Shown here in pieces: positions 40,525 through 51,590 of a stretch of 64,000 bases of DNA (positions are counted from its first letter, which is position 1; each line of letters begins with the position of its first letter). Source of the stretch: an uncultured Chloroflexia bacterium. Lineage in GTDB: Bacteria; Chloroflexota; Limnocylindria; QHBO01. The stretch spans positions 233,297 to 297,296 of the forward strand of contig CAWFCQ010000008.1 in assembly GCA_963814375.1 (NCBI GenBank). Reading direction: 5' to 3'. The notes below the pieces were generated by a model, which was not told the DNA's origin, ran no database searches, and was given only the letters and a program-made list of their open reading frames with translations. Both the position numbers and the translations under genes were made by a program.

Positions 40525-41172
40525 ATGGCCCAGAAAAAGCCCACGGCCAGCACCACGGCCACGATCCTCAAGGCGGACGGCAAGGAGGCAGGGTCGGTGG
40601 ACCTTCCCGAGACGCTGTTCGCTGCACCGATCAACGAGAGCCTCATCCACCAGGCCGTGCTGCGGCAGCTGGCGGGTCGCCGCATCGGCACCGCCGACAC
40701 GCTGACCCGCGGCGAGGTGCACGGCGGCGGCAAGAAGCCGTGGCGCCAGAAGGGCACCGGCCGCGCCCGCCAGGGCACCAAGACGGCCCCGCAGTGGGCC
40801 GGCGGCGGCGTGGTCTTCGGCCCGCACCCGCGCAGCTACGAGCAGCGCATGCCACTGAAGATGCGTCGCAGCGCCCTGCGCGGCGTGCTCAGCGCCAAGC
40901 AGGCCGACGGCGCGCTCCGTGTGGTCGAGGGCTTCGACCTCGGCGAGATCAAGACGAAGGCGATGATCGAGCGGCTCTCGGCGTGGGACGCGGGCGGCAA
41001 GGTGCTGCTCGTGCTCAACAACCGCGACGAGGCGATCGAGCGATCCGCTCGCAACCTGCGCGAGGTGCGCATCATCCTCGCCGACAGCCTCAATGTGGTC
41101 GACCTGCTCGAGGCCGACACCGTGGTCTTCACCCGCGAGGCGCTTGACCGTGCGCAGGAGGTGTACGCGTGA
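40525..41172 (+). CDS. rplD: 50S ribosomal protein L4
   Basis: RGEVHGGGKKPWRQKGTGRARQGT...GGGVVFGPHPRSY. Confidence 0.96.
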   Translation: MAQKKPTASTTATILKADGKEAGSVDLPETLFAAPINESLIHQAVLRQLAGRRIGTADTLTRGEVHGGGKKPWRQKGTGRARQGTKTAPQWAGGGVVFGPHPRSYEQRMPLKMRRSALRGVLSAKQADGALRVVEGFDLGEIKTKAMIERLSAWDAGGKVLLVLNNRDEAIERSARNLREVRIILADSLNVVDLLEADTVVFTREALDRAQEVYA

Positions 41173-41465
41173 CCGCGATCAACCTGCACGACGTGCTGCT
41201 GCGCCCGGTGATCAGCGAGAAGAGCACGCTCGAGACCGAACGCAATAACTACACCTTTGCGGTCGCGCGCGATGCGAACAAGTTCCTCATCAAGGCCGCC
41301 GTCGAGGCGGAGTTCAAGGTGACCGTGCTCGGCGTGCGGGTCATCAGCGTGCGGCCCAAGCAGAAGCGTCGCGGCCGCAAGACCATGGGCACGGTGCCCG
41401 GCTGGAAGAAGGCCGTGGTGACGATCGCGCCCGGCGACAAGATCGAGCTCTTCGAGGCCGTGTGA
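41169..41465 (+). CDS. rplW: 50S ribosomal protein L23
   Basis: [42 protein letters not shown]. Confidence 0.96.
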   Translation: MTAINLHDVLLRPVISEKSTLETERNNYTFAVARDANKFLIKAAVEAEFKVTVLGVRVISVRPKQKRRGRKTMGTVPGWKKAVVTIAPGDKIELFEAV

Positions 41466-41467
41466 CG

Positions 41468-42301
41468 ATGCCACTTCGCAACTACCGACCGACTTCGCCC
41501 GGCCTGCGCCAGATGACGCGCTCGACCTTCGAGGAGATCACGAGCGACACGCCGCACAAGCCGCTCACGGAGCGGCTCGTCCGCCACGCCGGCCGCAACA
41601 GCCAGGGCAAGCTGACGGTTCGCCACCAGGGCTCCGGCCACAAGCGTCTCTACCGGGTCATCGACTGGAAGCGCGACAAGGCCGGCGTGCCCGCCCGCAT
41701 CGCGACGGTCGAATACGACCCGAACCGATCGGCGCGGATCGGCCTGCTCCACTACGCCGATGGCGACAAGCGCTACATCCTCCTGCCGCATGGCCTGGGC
41801 GTCGGCGACACCGTCGCTTCCGGCCCCGATGTCGAGGCGCGGACCGGCAATGCCCTGCCGCTTGCCCGCATTCCGCTCGGCACCCAGGTCCACAACGTGG
41901 AGCTCGTCGCCGGACGCGGCGGTCAGATCGTGCGGAGCGCCGGCAGCAGCGCGCAGCTGCTCGCCAAGGAAGGCAACTTCGCGACGATCCGCCTGCCGTC
42001 GGGCGAGGTCCGTCGCGTGCGGATCGAGTGCATGGCCACGGTCGGCCAGGTCAGCAACCTCGACCACGAGAACCAGAAGATCGGGAAGGCCGGTCGCGCA
42101 CGGCACATGGGCAAGCGCCCGACGGTCCGCGGCTCGGCCATGAACCCGCGCGACCATCCGCACGGTGGTGGCGAGGGCAAGCAGCCGACCGGCATGCCGC
42201 CCAAGACCAAGTGGGGCAAGCCTGCCATGGGGCTGCGCACCCGCGTCAAGAAGAACAAGAGCAGCAAGCTGATCGTCCGCCGTCGGTACGGGCGGGGTTA
42301 G
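41468..42301 (+). CDS. rplB: 50S ribosomal protein L2
   Basis: [17 protein letters not shown]...[19 protein letters not shown] 41468 preferred over the track's GTG 41462, by N-terminal length of L2 proteins. Confidence 0.95.
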   Translation: MPLRNYRPTSPGLRQMTRSTFEEITSDTPHKPLTERLVRHAGRNSQGKLTVRHQGSGHKRLYRVIDWKRDKAGVPARIATVEYDPNRSARIGLLHYADGDKRYILLPHGLGVGDTVASGPDVEARTGNALPLARIPLGTQVHNVELVAGRGGQIVRSAGSSAQLLAKEGNFATIRLPSGEVRRVRIECMATVGQVSNLDHENQKIGKAGRARHMGKRPTVRGSAMNPRDHPHGGGEGKQPTGMPPKTKWGKPAMGLRTRVKKNKSSKLIVRRRYGRG

Positions 42302-42311
42302 GAGCCGATAG

Positions 42312-42599
42312 ATGAGTCGTTCCGTCAAGAAGGGACCCTTCGTCGACGCGCGCCTGCTCGGCCGCATCGACGATATGAACAAGCGCAGCGAGCGCAAGGT
42401 GCTGAAGACCTGGTCGCGGGCAAGCGTGATCTTCCCGCAGATGATCGGGCACACGATCGCCGTCCACGACGGCCGTCGCCACGTGCCGGTCTTCATCTCC
42501 GAGAACATGGTCGGGCACCGCCTCGGCGAGTTCGCGCCAACGCGCACCTACCGCGGGCACACGGGTCGAGCCACCGAGCGCTCGACGACGCTGAAGTAG
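42312..42599 (+). CDS. rpsS: 30S ribosomal protein S19
   Basis: [16 protein letters not shown]...[35 protein letters not shown]. Confidence 0.97.
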   Translation: MSRSVKKGPFVDARLLGRIDDMNKRSERKVLKTWSRASVIFPQMIGHTIAVHDGRRHVPVFISENMVGHRLGEFAPTRTYRGHTGRATERSTTLK

Positions 42600-42607
42600 G
42601 CCAGCCG

Positions 42608-42949
42608 ATGCGTGTCTCCGCCACGGGAAAGTACATCCGCATCAGCTCCCGCAAGGTGCGGCTGGTGACCGACCTCATCGCCGGCAAGCCGGTCGAGGAG
42701 GCAGCGGCGATCCTGCGCTTCCTGCCGAACGCGGCAGCGAAGGACGTGGCCAAGGTGCTGAAGAGCGCCACCGCCAACGCCGAGAACAACTACAACCTGT
42801 CGGCCGACGAGCTGCGCGTGGTGAGTGCGGTGGCCAACGAGGGACCGACCCTGAAGCGTGGGCGACCGCGCGCACAGGGCCGCTACTTCCAGGTGCTCAA
42901 GCGAACCAGCCACATCACCGTCGCCGTGGCTGACCGAGAGGAGTCGTAA
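42608..42949 (+). CDS. rplV: 50S ribosomal protein L22
   Basis: [34 protein letters not shown]...[18 protein letters not shown]. Confidence 0.96.
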   Translation: MRVSATGKYIRISSRKVRLVTDLIAGKPVEEAAAILRFLPNAAAKDVAKVLKSATANAENNYNLSADELRVVSAVANEGPTLKRGRPRAQGRYFQVLKRTSHITVAVADREES

Positions 42950-44179
42950 ATGGGTCACAAGGTTCACCCGTACGGCTTCCGGATCGGCATCATCAAGCCC
43001 TGGCTGGCGAAGTGGTACGCGGACCGCGACTACGCGACCCTGCTCCAGGAGGACATGCGGATCCGGGAGCTGGTCGCACGCCAGCTGTCGAACGCCAGCG
43101 TCAGCCAGGTCGAGATCGAGCGCGGCATCAACCACGTCACCGTGACGGTGCACACCGCCAAGCCCGGGATCGTCATCGGCAAGGGCGGGGCGAACGTCGA
43201 GGCGCTGCGCACCAACGTCGGCAAGCTGACGGACAAGAAGGTCAAGCTCGAGATCAAGGAGATCCTGCAGCCCGAGCTCGACGGCATGCTGCTGGCCCAG
43301 AACGTCGCCGGTCAGCTCGAGCGCCGAATCGCGTTCCGCAAGGCGATCAAGCAGTCGATCCAGCGCACGATCAAGGCGGGCGCCAAGGGCGTGAAGATCC
43401 AGGTCTCGGGTCGCCTCGGCGGCTCCGAGATGAGCCGGACCGAGTGGGACCGCGAGGGTCGCATCCCCCTCGGCACCCTGCGCGCCGACATCAGCTACGG
43501 CGTCGTCCATGCGCATACAACCTACGGACGCATCGGCGTCAAGGCGTGGGTCTACCGTGGCGAGCAGCTCGGCGATCGACCGGGCAGCGCTCGGACCGAG
43601 CCCCGCGCCGCGCGCCGTGGGGCGGCGCCGACGCGCACGCGAGCCGCAGGCCGTGAGTCGGGCCAGGCTGCCGAGGCGGCTGGGGCCACCGCAGCGATCG
43701 AGCCGATGACGGCGACGCCGGAGGCAGTGGCCCCCGTGACCGCCGCGGCCGAGGCACCGCCGATCGATGCAGCTCCCATCGCGGCGCCGGCCGCCGCGGA
43801 GCCGATGCTCACACCGACCGACGTCTCCGACGAGACGCCAGCGGCCGTGGCCGAGCCGGTGGAGAGCGCTGCCGCCGAGGCGGAAGTCCCCACGGCGGAA
43901 GTCGCCGTCGCGGAGGTCGCTGCCGAGGCTCCGGCCGAGGAAGCTGTTCCGGCTGCCGACGCGCCGACCGCCGCTCCGGCACGCAAGCCGCGGACGAGGA
44001 CGGCGAAGGCCGAGACGGCGGCGAAGGCCGAGAAGCCTGCCCGGGCCGAGAAGGCGACGAAGGCCGAGAAGCCGCCGACCACGCGCAAGCCGCGTGCAGC
44101 CAAGGCGGCTGTGCCCAAGGCATCCGAGGCGAGCGCACCCGAGGCAGCAGCCGACGAGCCCAAGGGCGAGGAGTCCTGA
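42950..44179 (+). CDS. rpsC: 30S ribosomal protein S3 with a ~200-aa low-complexity C-terminal extension
   Basis: [24 protein letters not shown]...[16 protein letters not shown] (KH domain). After about residue 205 the sequence is an Ala/Pro/Glu/Lys-rich tail. Confidence 0.95.
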   Translation: MGHKVHPYGFRIGIIKPWLAKWYADRDYATLLQEDMRIRELVARQLSNASVSQVEIERGINHVTVTVHTAKPGIVIGKGGANVEALRTNVGKLTDKKVKLEIKEILQPELDGMLLAQNVAGQLERRIAFRKAIKQSIQRTIKAGAKGVKIQVSGRLGGSEMSRTEWDREGRIPLGTLRADISYGVVHAHTTYGRIGVKAWVYRGEQLGDRPGSARTEPRAARRGAAPTRTRAAGRESGQAAEAAGATAAIEPMTATPEAVAPVTAAAEAPPIDAAPIAAPAAAEPMLTPTDVSDETPAAVAEPVESAAAEAEVPTAEVAVAEVAAEAPAEEAVPAADAPTAAPARKPRTRTAKAETAAKAEKPARAEKATKAEKPPTTRKPRAAKAAVPKASEASAPEAAADEPKGEES

Positions 44180-44182
44180 CCG

Positions 44183-44611
44183 ATGCTGATGCCAAAGCGG
44201 GTCAAGCACCGCAAGGTCCAGCGTGGTCGCCGTGCCGGTCTGGCGAAGGGCGGCACCACGGTCAGCTTCGGCGACTTCGGCCTGATGGCCGAGGAAGTCT
44301 GCTGGCTGACCAGCCGCCAGATCGAGGCCGCTCGCCGCGCCATGACCCATCACATCAAGCGTGGTGGCCGCGTGTGGATCCGGGTCTTCCCGGACAAGCC
44401 GGTCACGAAGAAGCCAGCCGAGGTCCGGATGGGCTCGGGCAAGGGCGCGCCGGACCATTGGGTCGCGGTGGTCAAGCCCGGCCGGGTCATGTTCGAGATG
44501 TCGGGCGTGTCGGAGCAGATCGCCCGCGAGGCGATGCGCCTCGCCGGCCACAAGCTTCCGATCACCACGCGGTTCGTCATGAAGGAGGGCCTCGAGCATG
44601 GACATCAGTGA
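44183..44611 (+). CDS. rplP: 50S ribosomal protein L16
   Basis: [34 protein letters not shown]. Confidence 0.97.
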   Translation: MLMPKRVKHRKVQRGRRAGLAKGGTTVSFGDFGLMAEEVCWLTSRQIEAARRAMTHHIKRGGRVWIRVFPDKPVTKKPAEVRMGSGKGAPDHWVAVVKPGRVMFEMSGVSEQIAREAMRLAGHKLPITTRFVMKEGLEHGHQ

Positions 44612-44825
44612 GGTTCGAGCCCTCTCGGACAAGGATCTCGAGGGCGCGCTGCGAGACGCGAAGCAGGAGCTATGGAAGGTCCGCTTCGACCTCGCCACGC
44701 GACAGGAAAGCAACTACAGCAGGCTGCCGGCGACCCGCAAGCGGATCGCCCGCATCCTCACCGTGATGACCGAGCGTCAGCACGCGGCCGAAGCGGCCGC
44801 CGCTGATGCCGAGAAGGCCAGCTGA
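44598..44825 (+). CDS. rpmC: 50S ribosomal protein L29
   Basis: [38 protein letters not shown]. Confidence 0.93.
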   Translation: MDISEVRALSDKDLEGALRDAKQELWKVRFDLATRQESNYSRLPATRKRIARILTVMTERQHAAEAAAADAEKAS

Positions 44826-45109
44826 TGCAGGGCAAGCGAAGAAGCAAGGTTGGACGCGTCGTGTCCGACAAGATGGACAAGACCGTCGTGGTCAGCGTCG
44901 AGCGGCTGCGGAGGCACCCGATCTACAAGCGGGTCGTCCGCCTCAGCAGCAAGTTCAAGGCTCATGACGCCGAGAACACGGCACGCGTGGGAGACACCGT
45001 GCGGATCGAGGAGAGCCGCCCGCTCTCCCGCGAGAAGCGCTGGACCGTGGTCGAGGTCGTCGCGCGCGGCTCCAGCGAGGAGCTGATCGACGGGACGGAG
45101 CAGGCATGA
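44825..45109 (+). CDS. rpsQ: 30S ribosomal protein S17
   Basis: [39 protein letters not shown]. Confidence 0.96.
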   Translation: MQGKRRSKVGRVVSDKMDKTVVVSVERLRRHPIYKRVVRLSSKFKAHDAENTARVGDTVRIEESRPLSREKRWTVVEVVARGSSEELIDGTEQA

Positions 45110-45474
45110 TCCGGAAGCAGAGCAGGCTGCGCGTGGCCGACAACTCCGGCGCGCGAACGATTCAGTGCATCACCATCATCGGCCGCTCGACCAGCGACAC
45201 GGCGATGGTCGGTGATGTGATCGTCGCCAGCGTCAAGCAGGCCCTGCCGAACTCGGGCGTCAAGAAGGGTGATGTCGTGCGGGCCGTCGTGGTGCGCACC
45301 ACCAAGGAGTACGGCCGCCCGGATGGCAGCCACATCCGCTTCGATGAGAACGCGGCGGTCCTCATCACCCCGCAGGGCAGCCCGCGCGGGACGCGAATCT
45401 TCGGGCCGGTCGCCAGGGAGCTGCGCGAGCGGAACTACATGAAGATCGTCTCGCTCGCCCCGGAGGTGCTCTAG
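45106..45474 (+). CDS. rplN: 50S ribosomal protein L14
   Basis: [26 protein letters not shown]...[11 protein letters not shown]. Confidence 0.97.
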   Translation: MIRKQSRLRVADNSGARTIQCITIIGRSTSDTAMVGDVIVASVKQALPNSGVKKGDVVRAVVVRTTKEYGRPDGSHIRFDENAAVLITPQGSPRGTRIFGPVARELRERNYMKIVSLAPEVL

Positions 45475-45810
45475 ATGAACGTGCGAAGGGGCGACACCGT
45501 CCTCGTCCTGGCCGGCAAGGACCGCGGCAAGCGCGGCACCGTCGAGCGGGTCGAGAAGACGAAGCGAGGCTTCGGTGTCGTGATCCCCGGAATCAACATG
45601 GCGAAGCGCCACCAGCGAGCGCGCTCGCGGACGCAGACGGCCGGGATCATCGACATCCCGGTGCCGATCCACGTCAGCAACGTGCAGGTCATCTGCCCGC
45701 GATGCAACAAGCCGACGCGCATCTCGCACGGCCGGCTCGAGGGCGAGCATGCCCGCGGCACGCGCATCTGCAAGCAGTGCGGCGAGCAGATCGAGGTGAC
45801 CTCGAAGTGA
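45475..45810 (+). CDS. rplX: 50S ribosomal protein L24 (carries a CxxC...CxxC motif)
   Basis: [26 protein letters not shown] (KOW motif). C-terminal half [32 protein letters not shown]. Confidence 0.94.
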   Translation: MNVRRGDTVLVLAGKDRGKRGTVERVEKTKRGFGVVIPGINMAKRHQRARSRTQTAGIIDIPVPIHVSNVQVICPRCNKPTRISHGRLEGEHARGTRICKQCGEQIEVTSK

Positions 45811-46463
45811 GCGCCAACGAGACGAAGACCACGCGCGCACGCCGCGCCGCGCCGACGAAGAGCAAGGAAGCCGCGTCGACCAACGGCGCGTCCGGCGGTG
45901 CGGCCTTCAGCCCGCCCGAGTACGCCGGGCTGCGGCGCCGATACCACGACGAGGTCGTGCCGGCCCTCCAGCGCGAGTTCAGCTATCCCAACCCGATGGA
46001 CATCCCGCGGGTCGAGAAGGTCGTGGTCAACATCGGCCTGGGAGAGGCGATCGCCAACGCCAAGGCGCTGGACGCCGCGGTCGGCGACCTCGCCACCATC
46101 ACCGGGCAGAAGCCGATCGTGACGCGCGCGAAGCGCAGCATCGCCCAGTTCCGGCTGCGGACCGGCATGCCCATCGGCGCCAAGGTGACGCTGCGCGGCC
46201 AGCGGATGTACGACTTCCTCGAACGCACGCTGGCGCTCGCGCTGCCCAGGATCCGCGACTTCCGGGGCATCCCGACGCGCTCGTTCGACGGCCGCGGCAA
46301 CTTCAGCCTCGGGCTTCGGGAGCAGCTCGTCTACCCGGAGATCGACTACGACAAGATCGACCGCCTGCGCGGACTCGAGATCAGCATCGTGACGACGGCA
46401 AAGACCGATGAGGAGGGGCGAAAGCTCCTCGAGCTCCTCGGCATGCCGTTCCAGAGCGCCTGA
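45807..46463 (+). CDS. rplE: 50S ribosomal protein L5 with a ~40-aa N-terminal extension
   Basis: Core [40 protein letters not shown]. The only plausible upstream start is GTG 45807 (GTGA overlap with rplX). Confidence 0.9.
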   Translation: MSANETKTTRARRAAPTKSKEAASTNGASGGAAFSPPEYAGLRRRYHDEVVPALQREFSYPNPMDIPRVEKVVVNIGLGEAIANAKALDAAVGDLATITGQKPIVTRAKRSIAQFRLRTGMPIGAKVTLRGQRMYDFLERTLALALPRIRDFRGIPTRSFDGRGNFSLGLREQLVYPEIDYDKIDRLRGLEISIVTTAKTDEEGRKLLELLGMPFQSA

Positions 46464-46501
46464 CGGCGTCATCGGCAGAGGAAGGACTCAAGCACGAACT
46501 G

Positions 46502-46687
46502 ATGGCAAAGAAGTCGAGCATCGCCCGGACCAAGCGCGGAACGCGCTACGCCGTGCGCGATCACAACCGATGCCAGGTGTGCGGCCGCCCGCGCGGCTAC
46601 ATGCGCCGATTCGCGATGTGCCGAATCTGCTTCCGGGAGCGTGCCCTGCTGGGCCAGCTGCCGGGCGTGACCAAGTCGAGCTGGTAA
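46502..46687 (+). CDS. rpsN: 30S ribosomal protein S14, type Z (zinc-binding, 61 aa)
   Basis: [46 protein letters not shown]. Confidence 0.96.
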   Translation: MAKKSSIARTKRGTRYAVRDHNRCQVCGRPRGYMRRFAMCRICFRERALLGQLPGVTKSSW

Positions 46688-46797
46688 GGCTCGCAGAACC
46701 AATCGACGTCCGTCGTCGCTGACGGCCGCCATCAGCGGAAGGCGCCACCCGGGAACGCCGGGAGCGAACCGCCGCCGAGGAGACGAACGAACACCGA

Positions 46798-47196
46798 ATG
46801 AACGTGACCGATCCGATCGCCGACATGCTGACGCGCATCCGTAATGCGAGCGCAGCCCGGCACAAGGAGCTCAGCCTTCCATCCTCCCGGGTCAAGCGAG
46901 AGATCGCGCGGATCCTGGCCGAGGAGGGCTTCATCGATGCCTTCGAGACGCAGCCCGACGACGTCCAGGAGCAGCTGACGCTGCGCCTGAAGTACGTCGA
47001 GGGTCGCACCCCGGTGGTGACCGGCCTGAAGCGCATCAGCAAGCCCGGTCTGCGGGTTTACGCTCGCAAGACCGAGATCCCGCGCGTGCTCGGTGGTCTC
47101 GGGCTATCCATTCTCTCCACCTCCCACGGGATCATGACCGGCGCAGACGCCCGGAAGCAGAATCTCGGTGGCGAGGTTCTCTGCTACGTCTGGTAA
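46798..47196 (+). CDS. rpsH: 30S ribosomal protein S8
   Basis: [25 protein letters not shown]...GGEVLCYVW. Confidence 0.97.
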   Translation: MNVTDPIADMLTRIRNASAARHKELSLPSSRVKREIARILAEEGFIDAFETQPDDVQEQLTLRLKYVEGRTPVVTGLKRISKPGLRVYARKTEIPRVLGGLGLSILSTSHGIMTGADARKQNLGGEVLCYVW

Positions 47197-47207
47197 GGAG
47201 CGAGCGC

Positions 47208-47756
47208 ATGTCACGAATCGGACGAATGCCGATTCCGCTCCCGGACGGAGTGGAGATCACGCAGGACGGGAGCACCCTCCGCGTCAAGGGCCCGCTCGGC
47301 CAGCTCGAGCGCCGGCTCCATCCGGAGATGCGCGTCGAACGCGAGAACGGGGAGCTGCGGGTCGTGCGACCCAGCGACGAGCCGCGCCATCGGGCGCTGC
47401 ACGGCCTGACGAGGACTCTGGTCAACAACATGGTCACCGGCGTCACGAGCGGCTTCACGAAGAACCTGGAGATCAGCGGCGTCGGCTATCGCGCCCAGCT
47501 CCAGGGCTCCAAGCTGGTGCTGGCGCTCGGCTACTCGCATCCCGTCGAGGTCGACCCTCCGGCCGGGATCGAGTTCCGGGTGGAAACCCCGACCCGCCTC
47601 GGCGTCTTCGGCGCCGACAAGGAGCTAGTGGGGCAGATCGCCGCATACATCCGCTCGCAGAGGAAGCCCGAGCCCTACAAGGGCAAGGGCATCCGCTACG
47701 CGGGCGAGCAGATCCTCCGCAAGGCCGGCAAGGCCGGCAAGGTCGGGGGAGCGTAA
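47208..47756 (+). CDS. rplF: 50S ribosomal protein L6
   Basis: [31 protein letters not shown]...[11 protein letters not shown]. Confidence 0.97.
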   Translation: MSRIGRMPIPLPDGVEITQDGSTLRVKGPLGQLERRLHPEMRVERENGELRVVRPSDEPRHRALHGLTRTLVNNMVTGVTSGFTKNLEISGVGYRAQLQGSKLVLALGYSHPVEVDPPAGIEFRVETPTRLGVFGADKELVGQIAAYIRSQRKPEPYKGKGIRYAGEQILRKAGKAGKVGGA

Positions 47757-47766
47757 GGACAGACCG

Positions 47767-48120
47767 ATGACGAACGCATCCCGCGACGCACTGCGTCGCA
47801 AGCGCCACGCCCGCCTTCGGCTCCGCATCAGCGGCAGCGCGGAGCGGCCGCGCCTGTCGGTCTTCCGCAGCGCGAAGTACATCTATGCCCAGGTGATCGA
47901 CGACCTCAGCGGACGGACGCTGGCTTCGGCGTCAAGCCGCGAGCCCGATCTCGCCGGCGAGACGCCCGTCGACGTCGCACGATCGGTCGGCCGCACGCTC
48001 GCTGAGCGGGCGAAGGCGGCCGGCATCAGCGCGGTCGTGCTCGACCGGGGCGGATACCAGTACCACGGGCGGGTCCGCTCGCTCGCCGAGGGCGCCCGCG
48101 AGGGCGGCCTCAACCTGTAG
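47767..48120 (+). CDS. rplR: 50S ribosomal protein L18
   Basis: [34 protein letters not shown]...[17 protein letters not shown]. Confidence 0.96.
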   Translation: MTNASRDALRRKRHARLRLRISGSAERPRLSVFRSAKYIYAQVIDDLSGRTLASASSREPDLAGETPVDVARSVGRTLAERAKAAGISAVVLDRGGYQYHGRVRSLAEGAREGGLNL

Positions 48121-48139
48121 AGCGAGAGGAGACAAGCGC

Positions 48140-48730
48140 ATGGCACGGATCGATCCGTCCAAGCTCAACCTGGAGGAGAAGGTCGTCCAGATCAACCGGG
48201 TCGCCAAGGTCGTCCAGGGCGGCCGCCGCTTCAGCTTCAGCGCGGTGGTCGTCGTCGGCGACGGCAACGGCACCGTCGGCGCCGGGATCGGCAAGGCCGG
48301 CGAGGTGCCGGAGGCGATCCGCAAGGGCGTCGAGGACGCGAAGAAGCACCTGATCAAGGTGCCGCTCGTGGGCTCGACGATTCCGCACGAGGTGCATCGG
48401 CACTTCGGCGCGGCGCGCGTCATGCTCAAGCCGGCCAGCGCCGGCACCGGCGTCATCGCCGGGGGCTCGGTGCGCGCGGTCGTCGAGGTTGCCGGTATTC
48501 GGGACCTCCTGAGCAAGGCCCAGGGCTCGACCAACCCGATCAACGTCGTGCGTGCCACGATCGAGTGCCTGACGGCGCTCCGGTCCGCCGACGCGATCGC
48601 CGCGCTGCGGGGCCGGACGGCCGAGGAGCTCCTCGGCAAGCGCGGCGCCGAGCTGGCCCGCACCCCGCACGAGGTGCCGGAGCGGCGCGAGCCGATGAAC
48701 ACCGGGTTCGGGGGTGGACGTGGCCGCTAA
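48140..48730 (+). CDS. rpsE: 30S ribosomal protein S5
   Basis: [52 protein letters not shown]. Confidence 0.96.
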   Translation: MARIDPSKLNLEEKVVQINRVAKVVQGGRRFSFSAVVVVGDGNGTVGAGIGKAGEVPEAIRKGVEDAKKHLIKVPLVGSTIPHEVHRHFGAARVMLKPASAGTGVIAGGSVRAVVEVAGIRDLLSKAQGSTNPINVVRATIECLTALRSADAIAALRGRTAEELLGKRGAELARTPHEVPERREPMNTGFGGGRGR

Positions 48731-48950
48731 GACACTGAAGGTCACCTGGGTCCGATCGACGATCGGGCACAAGGCGGCCGCGCGCGGCACCATCCGCGCG
48801 CTCGGCCTGCACCGGCTCCACCAGACCGTCGAGGTCGCCGACACGCCGATGATGCGCGGCATGCTGCGCCGCGTCGCCTTCCTCCTCGATGTCGAGGAGC
48901 CGGCAGGAACGCCCAAGGCGACATCGGCCGAGAAAGAGGAGACGAAGTGA
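48714..48950 (+). CDS. rpmD: 50S ribosomal protein L30
   Basis: [46 protein letters not shown]. Start is GTG 48714 or 48720. Confidence 0.92.
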   Translation: MDVAAKTLKVTWVRSTIGHKAAARGTIRALGLHRLHQTVEVADTPMMRGMLRRVAFLLDVEEPAGTPKATSAEKEETK

Positions 48951-49609
48951 AGCTCCACGACCTGCACCCGGCTCCCGGGTCGCGCAAGCCGTCGCGTCGC
49001 GTCGGCCGCGGCCACGGCTCCGGGCGCGGCAAGACCGCGGGGCGCGGCACGAAGGGCCAGAAGTCGCGTGCCGGTGGCAACCTGCCCGCCTGGTTCGAGG
49101 GCGGCCAGACTCCGCTCCACATCCGCACACCGAAGCTGCACGGCTTCCGAAACCGCGGGCGCGTGGCCTATGCGCCGATCAACCTCTCCCGGCTGGGCGA
49201 GGTGGCGAGCGGAACGCTCGTCACGCCCGAGGTGCTGGCGCACGACGGCCTGATCCGCGACACGAGCCTGCCGGTCAAGGTCCTCGGGGTGGGGGATGCC
49301 CCCAAGGGCATCACGATCCACGCGCATGGGTTCAGCAAGAGCGCGCTCGAGAAGCTGACGGCGGCAGGCTGCACCGTCCAGCGCCTCAGCTGGCCTGACA
49401 ACGCTCCCGTCGAGCTCGAGAAGCCGAAGCGCCAGCCGAAGGCGAAGCGCGGCGGCAAGGCGGGGAAGGCAAAGAAGGCAGCCGCAGCGGCAGATGCGGA
49501 CGAGGACGACGAGGCCAGCGCGCCCGCCGAGGCATCGGCTGAAGGCGAAGCGCCCGCCACCGACGAGACCGAGACAACGCCAGAGGGCGAAAGCGAGTCC
49601 GAGGCTTGA
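48947..49609 (+). CDS. rplO: 50S ribosomal protein L15 with a basic-then-acidic C-terminal tail
   Basis: [42 protein letters not shown]. Tail KRQPKAKRGGKAGKAKK...DEDDEASAPAEASAEGE. Confidence 0.95.
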   Translation: MKLHDLHPAPGSRKPSRRVGRGHGSGRGKTAGRGTKGQKSRAGGNLPAWFEGGQTPLHIRTPKLHGFRNRGRVAYAPINLSRLGEVASGTLVTPEVLAHDGLIRDTSLPVKVLGVGDAPKGITIHAHGFSKSALEKLTAAGCTVQRLSWPDNAPVELEKPKRQPKAKRGGKAGKAKKAAAAADADEDDEASAPAEASAEGEAPATDETETTPEGESESEA

Positions 49610-50892
49610 TCGAGACGGTCGTTACCGCCTTCCGCGCGCCGGACATCCGGCGAAAGCTCCTCTTCACGCTCGGGATCCTGGCGATCTTCCGTGCGCTGAC
49701 GAACGTGCCGGTGCCGAACGTGAACACGGCCGCCCTGACGGACCTCTTCACGAACAACCCGCTGCTCGGGATCCTCAACATCTTCTCGGGCGGTGGGCTG
49801 GCGGCGGCGTCGATCATTGGCCTCGGGGTGAACCCGTACATCAACGCCAGCATCATCATGCAGCTGATGCGGGGCGTGATCCCGGCCCTCGAGGAGCTCT
49901 CGCGCGAGGGTGAATACGGCCGCAACCGGCTCAACCAGTACACCCGCATGCTGACCGTGCCGCTGGCGTTCGCCCAGGGCTACGGGATCAGCGTGCTGCT
50001 CAGCGCGAACGGCGTGATCCCGGCGAACCCGCTGTTCAGCGTGGAGACCCTCAGCCTGCTGCTCAGCTTCACCGCCGGAACGATCCTGCTCATGTGGCTC
50101 GGCGAGCTCATCAGTGAGAAGGGCCTCGGCAACGGCATCAGCTTCATCATCTTCGCCGGCATCGTCGGCAGCATCCCGCAGCAGATCGGCCCCATCCTCT
50201 CCGCACCCGATGCGCTGACGCGGATCATCCCGTTCGTGATCGTGGCGATCGTCGTCATCGCCGCCGTCGTCTTCATCAACGAGGGCCAGCGGCGGGTGCC
50301 CGTCCAGTACGCCAGCCGCGTGCGCGGCCGCCGCATGTACCAGGGCCAGACCCAGTACCTGCCGCTCAAGGTCACGATGGCCGGGGTGATCCCGATCATC
50401 TTCGCCGTCAGCATCCTGCTCTTCCCGGCGCAGATCGCGACCTACTTCACCGCCAGCGACATCGACTGGGTGCGAAACACGGCCACCTGGATCAGTGAGA
50501 ACCTCAACGGCACGAACAACATCCCGCTGTACGCGTCGCTGTACTTCGGGCTGGTGGTCTTCTTCACCTACTTCTACACGGCGTTCCAGTTCCGTCCCGA
50601 CCAGACCGCCGACTATCTGCGCAAGAACGGCGGCTTCATCCCGGGCATTCGTCCGGGCAAGCCCACCGAGCAGTTCCTGGCACGCGTCACGAGCCGCATA
50701 ACGCTCGGCGGCGCGCTGTTCCTGGGCTCCATCGCGATCCTGCCGTACATCATGACCGCCTTCATCCCGGGCACCCAGAACCTCCAGCTGGGCGGCACGA
50801 GCATCCTGATCATGGTCAGCGTCGTCGTCGAGACGATGAAGCAGCTCGAGGCCCAGATGATGATGCGGCACTACGAGGGCTTCATCAGGTGA
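49606..50892 (+). CDS. secY: Preprotein translocase subunit SecY
   Basis: RRKLLFTLGILAIFRALTNVPVP...NPYINASIIMQL...LMWLGELISEKGLGNGISFIIF. About 10 TM helices. Confidence 0.97.
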   Translation: MIETVVTAFRAPDIRRKLLFTLGILAIFRALTNVPVPNVNTAALTDLFTNNPLLGILNIFSGGGLAAASIIGLGVNPYINASIIMQLMRGVIPALEELSREGEYGRNRLNQYTRMLTVPLAFAQGYGISVLLSANGVIPANPLFSVETLSLLLSFTAGTILLMWLGELISEKGLGNGISFIIFAGIVGSIPQQIGPILSAPDALTRIIPFVIVAIVVIAAVVFINEGQRRVPVQYASRVRGRRMYQGQTQYLPLKVTMAGVIPIIFAVSILLFPAQIATYFTASDIDWVRNTATWISENLNGTNNIPLYASLYFGLVVFFTYFYTAFQFRPDQTADYLRKNGGFIPGIRPGKPTEQFLARVTSRITLGGALFLGSIAILPYIMTAFIPGTQNLQLGGTSILIMVSVVVETMKQLEAQMMMRHYEGFIR

Positions 50893-51590
50893 CCGATGGG
50901 ACGGTCGGCCGCGTCGCGCCCGACGAGCGCCTGATCCTGCTGCTCGTCGGCGCGGTCGGTACCGGCAAGGGAACCCAGGCCAAGGCCCTCTCGCGCGAGC
51001 TCAAGCTGCCGCACCTCGCCTCGGGCAACCTCTTCCGTGCCGCGATGGCCGCCGGCACGCCCATCGGCGAAGAGGCGCAGAAGTACATGCAGCGCGGCGA
51101 GCTCGTGCCGGACGAGATCACGATCGGCATGTTCATGGACGAGCTCGCCAAGCCCCACGCCGCGCGCGGCGCGATCCTCGACGGCTTCCCGCGCACCGTG
51201 GGCCAGGCGACGGCGCTGGACGAGACCCTCCACGCCGTGGGCGAGGAGGTCGATCGTGTGATCTTCATCGAGGTCCCCACCGACGTCATCATCCGACGCG
51301 TCGGCGGCCGCTGGGTCTGCCCGACCTGCAGCACCCCGTACCACGAGACCGCCGACCCGCCGCGCGTGCCGGGCATCTGCGACAGGGAGGGCACGCCGCT
51401 GCGCCAGCGCGACGACGACCGGCCCGAGGTCGTGCAGGCCCGCCTCGACCGCCAGGTGCCGCCGATGCTCGGGGTGATCGATCACTACGAGCGGACGGGG
51501 ATCGTCGAGCGAGTGGACGGCACGGCGCCGATCGACGCGATCACCGCCGAGATCCTGCGCCGAATGGGCGTCCCGTCACCCGAGCGATGA
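50889..51590 (+). CDS. adk: Adenylate kinase (long form with a Cys-containing lid)
   Basis: LLLVGAVGTGKGTQAKAL, ILDGFPRTVGQA; lid RWVCPTCSTPYH...PGICD. Confidence 0.93.
   Translation: MTDGTVGRVAPDERLILLLVGAVGTGKGTQAKALSRELKLPHLASGNLFRAAMAAGTPIGEEAQKYMQRGELVPDEITIGMFMDELAKPHAARGAILDGFPRTVGQATALDETLHAVGEEVDRVIFIEVPTDVIIRRVGGRWVCPTCSTPYHETADPPRVPGICDREGTPLRQRDDDRPEVVQARLDRQVPPMLGVIDHYERTGIVERVDGTAPIDAITAEILRRMGVPSPER

Noticed and set aside
42295-42315. ccgatagat 9-mer at the rplB-rpsS junction as another copy of the array A/B core.
   Set aside because: A 9-mer is expected by chance about once in a window this size. Here it simply spans the SD-to-ATG spacer and lacks the second palindrome arm.
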